Source: Monocercomonoides exilis PA203 | Taxonomy: Eukaryota > Protista > Preaxostyla | Length of the DNA: 64,000 bases | NCBI GenBank assembly: GCA_001643675.2 | Contig: LSRY02000020.1 | Span: forward strand, 1,429,095 to 1,493,094 | Direction: 5' to 3' | Shown: positions 14,024-28,288 of the stretch, piece by piece | Numbering within the stretch: the stretch's first letter is position 1 | Layout of the letters: each line of letters opens with the position of its first letter | Program-made: the position numbers and the translations under genes | Notes under the pieces: model-generated | The model's database searches: none | The model's input: only the letters and a program-made list of their open reading frames with translations | What the model was told of the DNA's origin: nothing

Positions 14024-14837
14024 CACACACACTCCCTCAACCATCCCTTTTATAATCTTCCCCCCAACTATCCTTCTTTTCTTTCTTTCTTTCTCTTTTT
14101 CTTCCTCTTTCTTTTTTTTTTTTTTCATTTTTTTTATTTTCTTTTTTTCTTTTTCTCTTTTGTTTTTTATATATTTTTTTCTATTATTGAACAATGATTT
14201 TTTTTTTTTTTTTTGAAACGTTCCTATTTTGCAAATTTAGAATGAAATATCAATTTCTTATATCAATCAATTTTATGTTCTTTCTAATGAAACTTCACAA
14301 AATTGAAAATATTACCAATGTCAAGATTTTATTTTATTGACATTAAAATTTGCTGAGTGGGAACAGAAATTTGATTGAAAAAGGAAATTTTTATTTTATT
14401 TGAAAATTAAACAAAAGTTACTTTTCAAATAAATTAAGAAATATCTTTCCCAATTTAAATCTTATTCTTTATTTCTCTTTCTGTCTGTCTTTCTTTCTTT
14501 TGCATTTCTCTCTATTTATTTCATTATGCTATTTTTTTCTAGAATTTTTTTTTTTTTTGTTATCCCTATTTTTAATTTTAATTTATTTTTGTATTTTTGT
14601 TTTTATTTCATATATCATTTTTTATATTCTTTTAAATATTAATATTGTTTTTAATTCTTTTCTTATTTGAATCGTATTTTTTGAGTTTCCCATAAGTTTT
14701 TATCATTTTAAATTTTTTATTTCCTGCTTTATAATGATTTAGCTTACTGGTTTGTAGAATGATGATTACTATTTTTGATTATTTTTATTCAAAGACATTT
14801 TTTGTGAAAAGCGAATAAATAGAATTGTTCTTCCGAA

Positions 14838-15513
14838 ATGGAGGTTTCGCGTACAGACTTTCTTCCATATGCAAGTTCGCACAATGAGCATGGCGCAAAT
14901 AGCGCATTACATTGCAACAAAAAGAATGTGGAAAAGATGATTGATGATATTTATAATTGGAATACCCACCAAATACAACCTCCAACTACACCTTTAGAAC
15001 TTTCACCATTTCAATCTCCTAATTTTGATGAATTCTTCATTTTTATTGAAAAAGCAACGAAAAAGCTTGAGAAAATAAAAAACAAAATTTCCAAAAATCC
15101 AGAAAAAGAAATTGAAAAGGGTATTGATTTTTCGAAAGTTGAGACTTTTATCGAAGAAGCAAAAATTCAACTGGCAAAGAACGCAAAAGCAACTGAACAA
15201 TTAGAAAAACGCATTTCAGCTTGGAAGGAGCAGGAAGGATTATCTTCTCCATTTGAATCAGACGAACAAACACCACTTAAAGAATCTCTTGATTCATTAA
15301 ATCTTTCAAAGCAACGCTTAGACTGTATTGTGGTAAGAGATACAAATGTACTAAAAAGTGTCGAACAGCAATTGGATCAAACGTTTGTACCACAAATTTT
15401 TGTTGTGAATTCATAATCATTTTCTTAGAAAAGAGTGTTTCCAGTCGCTCCAGCCTGAAATAGAAAAATTAAAGGTTCAAACAAAAATGGAAAACCCGAT
15501 TTCACATCCGTAA
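14838..15513 (+). CDS. Hypothetical coiled-coil-like protein, probably 2 exons
   Basis: 192-aa K/E-rich ORF from an ATG; candidate intron GTACC...TTAG 15387-15428 extends it to TAA at 15513. No family motif recognised. Confidence 0.55.
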
Positions 15514-15602
15514 TTTTTTGTTGTTTTTTAAGCCTTTTTCTTTCAACAAAGGAGTGTAAGTTAGATGAAATTTCTATTTTCTTTCACAATGGCTGAAGCT
15601 TA

Positions 15603-18600
15603 TTATTGTTGTTCTCGGTGGCTGCAATTAAATGAATGGCCCGCTGCAAAAGTGTGTGTTGAAGTGCCAGATGTTATTGAAGAAGAGAGGAGAGCTGAAG
15701 AATCTGAGTGAAGTGGGCGAGGAGAATAAGGAGATGTGCCAGGGAGTCTAAGAGGTATTTTATTTGGTTTCTGATAGTCATCAGAAGATAAGTCTCTGAA
15801 GGAATTGGAAGGTGAAGGCATCAAAGACGAGTGCTGGTCTCTGCTGAGTGAATACAAAGGCTGCCCAATATCAGAGGGTTTAACTGTTGGGTAGGGATAA
15901 TTGCGTGGAGACGAACCCAGAAGGAGATTCCTCCGCTTTCTTCCACTTCCACTTTCTCTGCTACTGCTTCCTGCTGCGGTTGTGTAGCTGTCTCGATTCC
16001 GTCCAGAAAATGAAGAATATGATGAAGATATGCGAGAAGAAGAACTTGGTGATGTGAATATTGGCGGAGACAAAGAACTCCTTTCTGATGAATATGAACG
16101 TTCGTACTGTTCTGGCCGAGACGAATAAGTATTTTTGCGAGTTGGTGGGTGTCTTGTGCTTGCAGAGTATCTGCTGTCGTGGCTTTTTTCTTCCCACATC
16201 ATTTGCGCAAAGTTCTCCACAATTTCCATTGTCTCTCGCGCTTCTTCTTTCTTCTGTCTTTCTCTGAGCAATTCCCTTCCTCTCGAAGCTCGTCCGCTTC
16301 TGATCTGTGCTGACCCCACAGCCGAGCGGGACGAGGCAGGCGAGCTGTAATATGACCGCCTGCTTTGGGTGTCTCTGCCAGGAGAGGCAGACACAGACGT
16401 TCTTCTGGTCTCTTCTCCACTTGCTGAAGAAGGAGTCCGGCCTCGTCTGTTCAGAATTGCAGGCATCTGCATTCCGTTGTGTCTGACAGGTGTTTGTGAA
16501 GTGGAGCGATAAGAAGGAGATTGAGAAGATGTAACACTTCGTGAAATGATTGATTGCTGCCGTCCGCGTCGAGAAGAGGAAGAGCGCATTGAAAGAGCAG
16601 GAGAGCGTGGAGTTTGTGGTGTGGATGGAGAAGAAAATGACGTGGTTGAAGTGCGTTGAGACGAAAAGACGCGAGATGAACCGGCAGAAGGGCGGCTTCG
16701 TGAGACAGGAAGAGAGCGGACTGAGCTGACAGACGCGTTGGATCCTCGTGAGCTGACGGATGACCTCGATGCAGTGGATCTGCGCGACGAAGGCCGGCTT
16801 GTACGCGATGGAGTTGAAGGTGATGATGGTACTGAAAGCGGAACAAGATAAGGGAAAAGGTTCCACATCCCTCGCCGCTTCCTTGAAGAGGCCGAAGCTG
16901 ACCGTATGTCTCCTCTTTGAAGTGCATAAGCAGGAGAGTCCTTCAGTTTGATGAATCGTGCGTATTCTTTCAGTAGCAAATTATCGATGAAATAGGCAAC
17001 TGTCGAGGGCGGGTCGTTGGCTCTGAAGTGTTTGTGAATAATAGGAGGCGTCTCTTCAATCGCATTCAAATTCGATTGAACTGATCTTTCGCGTGCATGC
17101 GACGTGGCAGATCTATTCTGCTTCGACGACCCTGTAATCATCCAGTTGGTTATTGAAATAGAAGAGGAAGGATCTTCAGAAGGAGCATCAGGTGCAGAGA
17201 GAAGAGACGAGAAAGAATGGTCCAGATCGTCTTCGCTGTAGAGATCTGTGGGCTTTCCTGGGTCTTCCAGCTTGCTCTGCGCTGAAGCCGATGCCACAAA
17301 GGCGTCGAGATCGCTCATCTTCTGAGAAAGAGTCAGTTTGTCTTCGGTGAATGCAGGCGCTGGATCGACTGCTGGGTGCACCTGAATTGAGTTGCGTGTG
17401 CCGCGGGCAGAGGCGCGGCGAGAGGAGAGAGGGCTGTCTTTGACAAGCACAATTGGCACAGTGCGATAGGGAGATGGTGCTTGTCGAGGTATTCCTTTCA
17501 TCAATGCAGATGAATTGCGATCGGTTGACTGGATGTCTTCTAAGTACTTGATGAGATTGGAATAGAACGGTATTTTGAATGGAAACAAGCTGTACAAAAT
17601 ACATGAAGTTTAAATAGAAGAGAAAGAAAAATAAAAGAAAGAAAAGAAAAAGATTTTTTTTATTGTTAATTTACAATATTGTTTAAATTCAAAAAATAAA
17701 TAAATAAAGAAGCATACCGTTTTAAATAAGGAATATATTCTTTCAGATGAGCCTTCGATTCGAGCTCTCTTTTTGTGATTTTGAGCACAGTGTAGCAGTT
17801 GACAATAGCTACAGTAATGATTCGTCTGTCGCAAGGAATATAGATGACGTTCAATTGGTTAAGTATCAAATAGTTTTGAGGTGATCAAAAAAGTCAAGAA
17901 TTTGTTGTCAGAAAATTTGGAGATAAATTATAGAGGAAAAATAAAAAACGAAATAACCTGAATTTGAAGCAAAATCTTATTTAAAAAGAATAGCATACAC
18001 TAATGCAAAAGAAGCATCGTCATAAGCACAGGAGCCCTTCTGTGGATCAGTCACATTAAACAGAGCCTTCCACTCTTCCTTCATGTTCCTTCCTTCTCTT
18101 TCGCTTTCTTTCCTCATCGTTCTGCTGGCGGACTGCCTCGTTTTTGATTGAGTAGTCCCCACTCTCTCTGTGCTTCCCTTTGAGCCCTGCAATGCAGTTG
18201 TATTGTTATCACTTTCATATGAAGCAGCAGATGAAGCAGCAGCATTGTTTTCAATGTCTGTGAATTCATTCACTGTATCGTCATTCATCTCGCTCGGGTC
18301 TCTTCTTTGCATCTTCTTCTCCTGGTTGATTCGCTCTTTTTCCAAATTCTTTCTCTTCCGCTCCTCGTCAGCTGCTCTTTCTTCTTCTTCTCTCTTTCTC
18401 TCCTTCTCTTCTGCGTCTTCTGCATGTGAACATGCCCAATCGTCCGTTTCATTGCCACTCGGACGCTCTCCGAAAGCAATGCTCCGCAACTTCCCTTTCT
18501 GCTTGATAAACAGCCCCTCAGGATCGTCATACTCATCATCGAGCCACAGCCTGTTGATGTCTTCGTCTTCGCCATCAGCTTCTTCACCTTCTTCTTCATG

Positions 18601-20251
18601 GTCTGAGTGCACTCGTTCCTTCCGTTCAGATTTGTCTCTGTCATCTCTCCTCTTCTTCTTCAGAAGCTGTTTGAGAAAGGACACAATCGCCTTTTTCTTT
18701 TCCTGTGTTGCTTTTTCATCTCCTTTTTCATCTTCATCTTCCATTTTTTCGGTAAACCGAAAGCTTCCGTCGCTGATCAATGAAGAGCTGTCTGAAAATG
18801 ATGACAGCGAAGCTTGTGATGCTGTGCTATAGCGCAATGATCTTTTTGTGCATAAGCGAGAATTATTGAAATAGCTTAAACGGTTGGACGACTTTGCGGA
18901 ATAAACTGAAGATCGAGAAGGTGAAGAAGCTAATGAAGAGGAAGAAGAAGAAGAACTTGAAAGGCGATATTTTCTGGTTATTGATTCAACTAATGATTTC
19001 TCATGCCAAGTCTCTGCAAAGCCGGCCATTCTTCTCATATTCTCATTCAAGTCAATTGACTGTTCTTGTCCTGCCTCATTGTGCCTTCCTCTATCTTTCA
19101 TTGAGCTTCTTCTTTTTCTTTCTCCTGCATGATACGACACAGGCAGCACAAACATATGGCTCAAATAGTCCGCTTTCCCCATCAGCTCTCTCAGCTCAAT
19201 GCCTTCCATTCCTTCCCACTCGCTGGCGTCTCTCACATCCAAGTCGCTATTTAAGGCCTGTTCTTGTTCCTGATCATCTGTCCACATTTCCTTTTTTTCG
19301 TTTTCTGTTCGCTTTTTCAAATAAGAAGGAAGACGCTTTTCTTGTTCTTTCTTTCTGCAAGGAAAACGTCTTTCGCACAGCTCATCCCTAAGCTCGGAAA
19401 TGATGTTACTAAGAGTCACATAGCACTCTTCATATCTAAGTATTGCAAAAAATGCAAACAATTCGAATTTGTGCGAATATTAAGCATACCGTTTTAATTT
19501 ATAAAAGATGTAGCTCTTCTGGAGATGAAGAACACTTCGAACAATTAATTCCATGGTTGGCGGAAAAAATGATGCTGGATAGGCTGAACCTAAAAATTGA
19601 AGTGATTTGTCGATCATGTCAATTGACGTTGGCCACATTTCTTTTCTAAAAAGAATGATGATTTTTTTTTAATAATTCAAAAATGAAGCAAACTTCATAT
19701 TATACAATGCCTGTATTGAATAAATGACAAAGCGAAAACGGTTGAATCCATTTGTTCCACGAAAGCGAATCATTATGTTTTGAGCCTTTCTCACGAAACC
19801 CAAAGAATCGATTGAAGAGAAAGCTAATGGAAAATGAGAAATTATTGAAGGAAAAATCATTCATACAAGCATCACTTGACACAGATAAAGCACATCTAAG
19901 AAGGATTGAAATGTAAAGATCGGTCAGGCAGAATATTTCAGGAGAGGAATGAATCCCATTTGAACAAGCATCACGAATGATGCTTTCCATTTCCATGAGA
20001 TCCATAACGCTAATGCACTATATTTTTAGTTTTTAATTACAATAGTTAGCATTATAAAAACATATGCACACTTCTGGTCGAGAAAATATATATTCAACCA
20101 ATAAATCTATATCTTCGCTATTTTGAATGGAAGCATCGCTATTACTATCGACTTGCTTTAAAATAGAAATGTGTGGCGATAAATATGTGAAATAATTCCT
20201 TATTTTAACTGTGGGATGAAAAAGAGCATAAATATTTAAAAAGATGCTCAT
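15603..20251 (-). CDS. Large multi-exon hypothetical protein (helical N-terminus, acidic/Ser-rich middle, Ser/Arg-rich C-terminus)
   Basis: Co-oriented ORFs 20033-20251, 19700-20005, 17977-19461, 17666-17869 and 15603-17597 are separated by short AT-rich gaps with GT donors (e.g. GTATGC near 17998 and 17717). Exon joins not all verified. Confidence 0.6.
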
Positions 20252-20560
20252 TCAAAATTTACTATGGGGTATTTTTTTCGCAATTTTTTTTTTAATTATA
20301 TTTTTGTTTTTTATTTAATCAAAGCCTAAAAATAAAATTATTTCCAATAAAGTATGAAGTTAAAATATGGAAACAGTTTATGAAGAATAATTTTTATCAA
20401 AGAAAATAAATGTTTTGTCAACGAATAAAAAGAAAAAACCAATAGAAACATTTTTATCATTGTTTAATAATTAATTTTATTTCGACTGAAAGAAAATGAT
20501 GCTGAATGAATGATTAATATGTTAATTTTTCGGTTTTTCTGATAAAAGCAATTGATATAA

Positions 20561-21526
20561 GGTGGTTTTTTTATCCGGACATTTTTTTTTTTATTGGCAT
20601 TTCTCAATAAATAAAAACTGAAAATAGAAATGGCATATTGAACCAGGTTTGAATATGTATTCAACGTTCATACAAAAAAAATTTTTTGTCAATTTTTGTT
20701 TTTGATGAAGATCTTGGGAATTTTTAATTTATTTTTGATCATTTGTTTTGTCCATTTTGGACTATCTTTCTTTCTTTGTTTATTTTCAACTATAAGGCTA
20801 TGAAACAAATACAATGAAGTTTTATTATTCCAAATATTATTTGTTTTTAACTATTTTTTCAGGAGTTTTTCGCATTTCATCGTTTTTGACAAAAATCATG
20901 AAAAACTGAAAATTTTGAATGATACGACATTTATTAGATATTTTAAATGATGTGCATGAAAAGGTGAAAATTTTTACGAAGTCTTTATTTGGTTACAACT
21001 TTGTAAAGTATTGTTGCAATAGTTGTATCAATCAGTTTTTGATTATTTCTTATTTGTTCATTTCATTTTTGTTTCAATTTTATATGACTAACAAATGAAA
21101 TTTGTTATGTATTTTAATCTTTTAAACATGGCATGTTGTAATATTAGTCGTAAAATACAACAACAGAATAGAAATTTTCAGTTTTTCATGATTTTTGTCA
21201 AAAACGATGAAATGCGAAAAACTCCTGAAAAAATAGTTAAAAACAAATAATATTTGGAATAATAAAACTTCATTGTATTTGTTTCATAGCCTTATAGTTG
21301 AAAATAAACAAAGAAAGAAAGATAGTCCAAAATGGACAAAACAAATGATCAAAAATAAATTAAAAATTCCCAAGATCTTCATCAAAAACAAAAATTGACA
21401 AAAAATTTTTTTTGTATGAACGTTGAATACATATTCAAACCTGGTTCAATATGCCATTTCTATTTTCAGTTTTTATTTATTGAGAAATGCCAATAAAAAA
21501 AAAAATGTCCGGATAAAAAAACCACC
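20561..21526. mobile_element. Non-autonomous foldback/MITE-like element with 355-bp TIRs
   Basis: 20561-20915 is the reverse complement of 21172-21526 (termini GGTGGTTTTTTTATCCGGAC...GTCCGGATAAAAAAACCACC); 256-bp AT-rich non-coding spacer; no TSD visible. Confidence 0.85.
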
Positions 21527-21989
21527 ATTTTTTCTTTTATATTATGAATTATTATCCAATGGTGTTTTATATGAATAATCGCTACATGGAAAACAAATGA
21601 AAACGATATATATTTTAATATCCATTCAACCAAAATAGTCACAAAATTTTTGAAGAGTTAATTCACTGATCTTGCCCATGTTAAATGTTAAATAATGCTA
21701 ATTTTTGTCGAACCGATTTCTCGTCAAGTGGCTCATGTTTGATGCTTTCCTCTTTAATTTTTAAAACACAAAAATTATTGAGCAACTTTAGGGAGGAACT
21801 GTGCTTTTTTGTTCGGCAATTACAAATTCTTTACAAATAAAGATTATAACATCATCAAAAAATTTTAATCCGTATATTGTTAATAATAAAGAAAATAACA
21901 ATTATGCTATATATTCAACACTTCCTTGTTTTCGTTCGTCAGTTTGTTTTTCTGCTGTTTTTTTAGAGAATTAAAAATTTGACTTTAAG

Positions 21990-24900
21990 TTTGAAGTCTT
22001 CTTCAAAGAAATATTAAGCAAGAAAATTAAAATAGAAAACTTAGTTGAAATAATAGAGTCAAATGATAAGCCTCTTTCATTTGTAATATGGAATGTTTGC
22101 CTTTTCTTTCTTTCTTTCTTTCTTTTTTCTGAGAATCAATAATCTCTTTGAATCGGGAAAAAAGGATCAAGAAAAGATGATGTATTTCGGAAAGGATAAA
22201 ATTGGACTTCGATCTCTTTTGGTTTGTCCTGTTTGATTGTATGCATTTATTTGAATGAGTTATCAAAAAAGATTCATTTTCCTCATAATCATCAAACATT
22301 TCATTATCCTTTAGTAGATGCTGCTAATCGTTTTGAAGATGATGAAGGAGAAAAAACAGAAAAAGTTGCACAAGAAACGTGCGAAAACAATCTCAGTAAT
22401 GCAACTCTTTCTTCACAAATTCAGAATCTTGAAGTTGTTGATAAAGGCAAACTCTTTCTCGAATCACGCAATTCATCAACTCATCTGAGGGTTATTTCTT
22501 GTCCAAGTGAAGATGAACATTTAACCACATCTATTGAATTTCCATCATCTTTTGACGATCAGTCAATTCCTTCGTTTGGTGATGTATTGTGCATTTCTTG
22601 GAAGCAACCTCAAATGATCGGAAAAGACATAAAATTTCAAAATGAAATGGAGAATTCAAGCTTGAAGTCCGAAGAGACTCATTCGGAAACAAAAGAGCCT
22701 ACAAAGTCAGAAATTATTTCAGCCATGGTTGAATCTGACTGTGCCAATTTTTCGTGTTTTGCTGATGAAAACTTCTGGGAAGAGCTCCCTCCTTCTGTCA
22801 ACTGCATCTCATTTCAAAACTCATCAGAAAAATCAGAGAAGAATTCTACAAATAAGATGATGTCAGAAAATACTGATGAAACAGAATCATCTTTGATGAT
22901 TGCATCTTCTTCTACTTCTCCTTCATCGTCTTTGCCTGCTTTCAAGGCAAAGTTAAATGTTACCCCATTTAATTTTATTGAATCTGCAATTAATTTCTCC
23001 GACTTCAGTCAGTTTTTTGAAGAAGCAATGAAACTATCGCAGAAATTCTTTGTATATTCCAAATGTTGGTTAGATGACAGCCTTTTCTGTTCAGTGGAAG
23101 CGCTACGAAATGGAAGAATTGAGCTTATTTCCGATTCTTCGTCCACTTCGTCATCATCCTCATCTTCATCCTCATCCTCTCCCTCTTCCTCTTCCTCTTC
23201 CTCTTCTATTTCAACTTCCACTGCTCCAACAACCTCCTTGTTATCCTCTGAAAAGGCAACATTTCATTCAGCACTTCAAAATGATATTTTATCAACAGAA
23301 AAAATTCATGCTGTTTTTATTCTTCTCTCAATTATAATAACATCTTTACGTCATATTGTTGAATATAACATTCAAAATTCGCTTCCAACATCTCTTCTTT
23401 TTAGCGGAGGGCTTGATTCTGCTTTGCTCACAGCTTGTGTTGGACACATCGTGGAAGAGAAAATGAAAGAAAAAGAAGCCAAAAAAGAAGAGAAAATGAC
23501 ACACGATGTGGAGCTTGTGAATGTCGCTTTTGGGTATTTTTATTTTTAGCTTAAAATTTTCATTAACTTGCATTTTTTTGGAAAAAAATCTTTGAATTAT
23601 CTTTTTCAATTTCTTACTCAATTTCTTACAAAAATTTCTCTTATTAAATCAATTTTCATGCATTTCCTCACAGCCCTCCTTTTTCCACCCCCGACCGCCA
23701 GACAGCCCACACCGTCTTCTCCGAGCTCTCCCCCCGCTTTCCCTCAGTCAATTTCTTGCTTGTGTGTCGTGATGTGCCTCGTGCTGAGCTGCCGCAGCAC
23801 AAACTGCGTCTGATGGCAGCCATGTTTCCCAAACAGACGACGATGGACATGTCTTTGTCCGTGTGCCTCTGGTGTGGAATATCCTCGTTGAAAAAATGTG
23901 TGGATGATAAATGTGATGATGCAAAGAAATGTGAGGATTGCGGGAAAGAAAAGGAGAAGGAGAAGGAGAAGGAGAAGGAAAGTGAGAAACATGAGGATTC
24001 TGTTACTCCATCGGGATTTGAACGAAATGAAAAAACAAAGATTGTTATTTCTGGACTAGGTCCTGATGAAATGGTATGCACTTTTTTATTTGGAGTACAA
24101 AAATTCAATAATTCTTAATCATAAAAATTATTATTATTATTTTTGGTATTTTTTCTATTTTTTCTGTAAATTTTCTCCAAAAATGACATTTTTTCTCAAA
24201 TAAAAAAAAGTCTGGCGGATATCGCCATGCACACACAGCGTATCACAAAAGAGGCGTTTCGGTAGCAGCAGAGTCGATGCTGTGGGACATGTCAGCCATT
24301 TGGGAGCGAAATGCTGGAAGAGACGATCGTGTTGCTTCTGATGGCGGGATGGAAGATGGATGGACAGATCACATCATAAGCTCACAAACATATTTGTTGA
24401 GTGATAAAGACGGTCAAAAGCAAGATGAGGCAAGATGCGAAATGAAGGCAGATGATGAAAGCGAGAAAGTGCATGAAGAGCAAAGACAACAGTTTGGCGA
24501 TGGGAAATGCAGTTCTGTTAGCATTGCCGCTCCATATTTAACTCTTCCATTGTTTTCGTTGCTTCTTCATCTTCCTCTTATGTCTGTTGTGGGATTTGAC
24601 ATCAAAAGCGATCCTTCAACTTCACAACAATCGACATCTATATCATCGTCTTCTTCTTCTTCTCATTCTCCTTCTTCTGCAGCACTTTCTTCCTCTGAAA
24701 CAACTGATGTCGGAAAAGATCTTCCACTCGTCAACGATAAGCGCATATTCCGTTGTGCTGCTCATGTACTTGGTCTGCATGCAGCAGCAGAGCAACCTAA
24801 GAGAGCTATGCAGTTTGGCTCTCGGAGTGCAAAGCTAACAAGGTGAGTCTTTGTATTTTTTGTTGTTTTACGCCATTTGTGCGACTTTAATTATTTATCC

Positions 24901-25053
24901 TGTTTCTTTTTGAATTTATGAACGTTTTATTTTTATAGTGTGAAAGGTGATGTTCCAATAAAAGATACGCCATGGGCTGAAGCTGTTGTGAAACCAAAGG
25001 CTCAAATGAAAAGAAAACCACGAATGCAGCCAAAAGAGGTTCAAAAATCATAA
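21990..25053 (+). CDS. ASNSD1: Asparagine synthetase domain-containing protein (ASNSD1/YML096W-like), multi-exon; 5' end unresolved
   Basis: Motifs YFGKDKIGLRSL, LLFSGGLDS, VELVNVAFG, PDRQTA, ISGLGPDE, GGY, WERNAGRDDRV, APYL, KRIFR, PKRAMQFGSRSAK; introns ~23534-23674, 24074-24210, 24843-24938; stop at 25051-25053. Confidence 0.82.
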
Positions 25054-25322
25054 AAATAAACCACAGATTATTTATTTATTCATTTTCCTTTTTTACTATT
25101 CAAAAAACTTACAAAATAAATGATCAAATTTAGCTTTTTGAATTCATTTTTTGTCATTTGTAAACATCATTAATTGAATATTTAACCATTTTTGCTAAAA
25201 CATTGATAAAAAGTCATGAACAAGTTATTTGTTCCCAAAGTAGTAAAGATGTGTTTAATTTTTTCGATGTGAATGAAAAGATTAGAAGTGTTATAAATGA
25301 AAATGTGTGAATTTTTAAATTT

Positions 25323-26528
<1,206 letters not shown>

Positions 26529-28288
26529 TTCAAAAATATTCAGCGACTTATGGTTCATTTGTTGTTTTTTCAGAAGAATGTTTCAATACATGTTTACGTT
26601 TTAATTCATTCATGCACAACACATATTTGAAATTTAAAATGAAAAAGCATAATATTCAAAAACTTACATTATTGAAAATGGGTTTTTTTCAAAATGGTTT
26701 TGTGAATTATAAATATATTTTGCAATGCTTTTTTTATACTATTAAATTTGCAGTCGATTACGTTGTTTCAGAATTAATACAAATTAAATTCTATTTTTAA
26801 TCTCTTGTTTGATATTATTGTAAATTATCAAATATCTGCAATAATAAAATGAAATTGAAAAATGAAGTGTAAATTTAAATGAGCTACATGCACTTTGAGG
26901 TCTTTTCATTTTTACTGAATTAATTTTGGAAATAAACTCATTAATATTTATTTGTAATTTTGAACAAAAAAAGCAAAATTGTTTGTTTTGAAATACTTTT
27001 GAAATACGATTAAATTTTTAAAAAACTTCTCTGTTAACTGAAATAATATGAAAGAATGAGAATAGAAATATTGTTTGAGAGAAAATCTTCAATTTTCTCC
27101 AAGAAACACAAACTTTTGGAGAGTACAAGATCTCTTTGTTAGAGGTGAATCTGCAGAATAATCTCGCTATATTTTTCTCAATCTTTTCGTTGGAGTAATT
27201 AACATTAATAATCTGACGTACCGCACTTTATTTCTTTTATACTTACATGTACAATAAAAATCAAATAAATTTTTATAAATGTGCATCAAATCATCAGCAA
27301 ACTCAAAAAAATGAAAAAAATAGAGAGCAATCAAAGGATAAAGTTAAAAAAGGGAAGGTTCTTCGCATCAATTTCAAAAACAAAATGCAGAATCAAATGA
27401 AAATCATGCAAAGAATAGAAAGATATTTTGTCAAAGATGATTTCTGTTGATTCTGTTGGAAACAATTAGAAACTGTAATTCTCCATACGCTTTCAATCCT
27501 CGAAACATCGAATCCATTTTCATATTTTTTTATCCAATTCTCATTTTCAATTTCGTGCTTTTCCCACATTTCATTAAATGAATGAAAATAAACATGTTAT
27601 CGTTGAAAGATAATGAATGTATCATTTATATGAAATTCCAAATTTCCGAATTATTGCAATGACTAAAATGCATGTTGATATTTGAAGAGCATTTGAAAGT
27701 GAAAAACTTGCGCGATGTATAATCCTTCCATATGCAAATCTCAATAGTATGATTTAAAGCTTAATTCCTCGAAAAATCTCTAAAGATTTAAAACATGAAA
27801 ATTATCATGTTTTGGATCTTTCCAACAAAGTCTAAAAAATGCAATTTCGCGCGCATCATATGTCAAACAAGTCGGTTTTCAAAGAACCCGTTGCTACTAA
27901 TGGACAACGTTGAAATAATAAGAAAATTGGTTAAGAATCTTAAAATCCCAGCTCAACGATAATTCAAAAGGTAGAAGCATAGATGAGAGAAAGCAAAAAC
28001 AAATCTTGTAAAAGAAGAATAAAAATTCTCAAATAAATAGTATTAATCCTTTTATTTCTAGAAAAATCTTTACAAAAAAAATGATATTTTCGATGGATAT
28101 TTATTCAGCATAATTTGAATAACTTATGATTTTTCGTTGCACATTAATGTGCATCAATAAACAAAAATATTTTATTTTCCTTAAAGCTTGATGTAGCAAA
28201 GAAAATTACATTCTTTTTTTTCTCAAACAATAAATAAATTTAGATTGGTCCAGATCTCGAGAGATCATCGTAAGTATTTGATTTTTCG

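Larger units (their letters stand above)
1..14095 (-). repeat. Tandem 5S rDNA array, 11 genes; runs off the left edge of the window
   Basis: Near-identical units; 5S 5' ends at 862, 2269, 3689, 5088, 6444, 7813, 9194, 10575, 11951, 12981, 14023 (spacings 1356-1420 bp, then 1030 and 1042 bp). Similarity to the unit stops at ~14095. Confidence 0.97.

Noticed and set aside
1-14095. Array as CRISPR-like or telomeric repeat
   Set aside because: Spacers are near-identical rather than unique, the repeated core is 5S rRNA, and (CACT)n tracts are internal to each unit.
157-14197. Dozens of K/R/E-rich, F/L/S-rich and (HSLT)n ORFs in the array
   Set aside because: Translations of low-complexity 5S spacer and microsatellite; frames change between copies with homopolymer length.
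27050-27960. Possible gene remnant between PCNA and RRP12
   Set aside because: Only short open stretches with no recognisable motif or consistent splice pattern.
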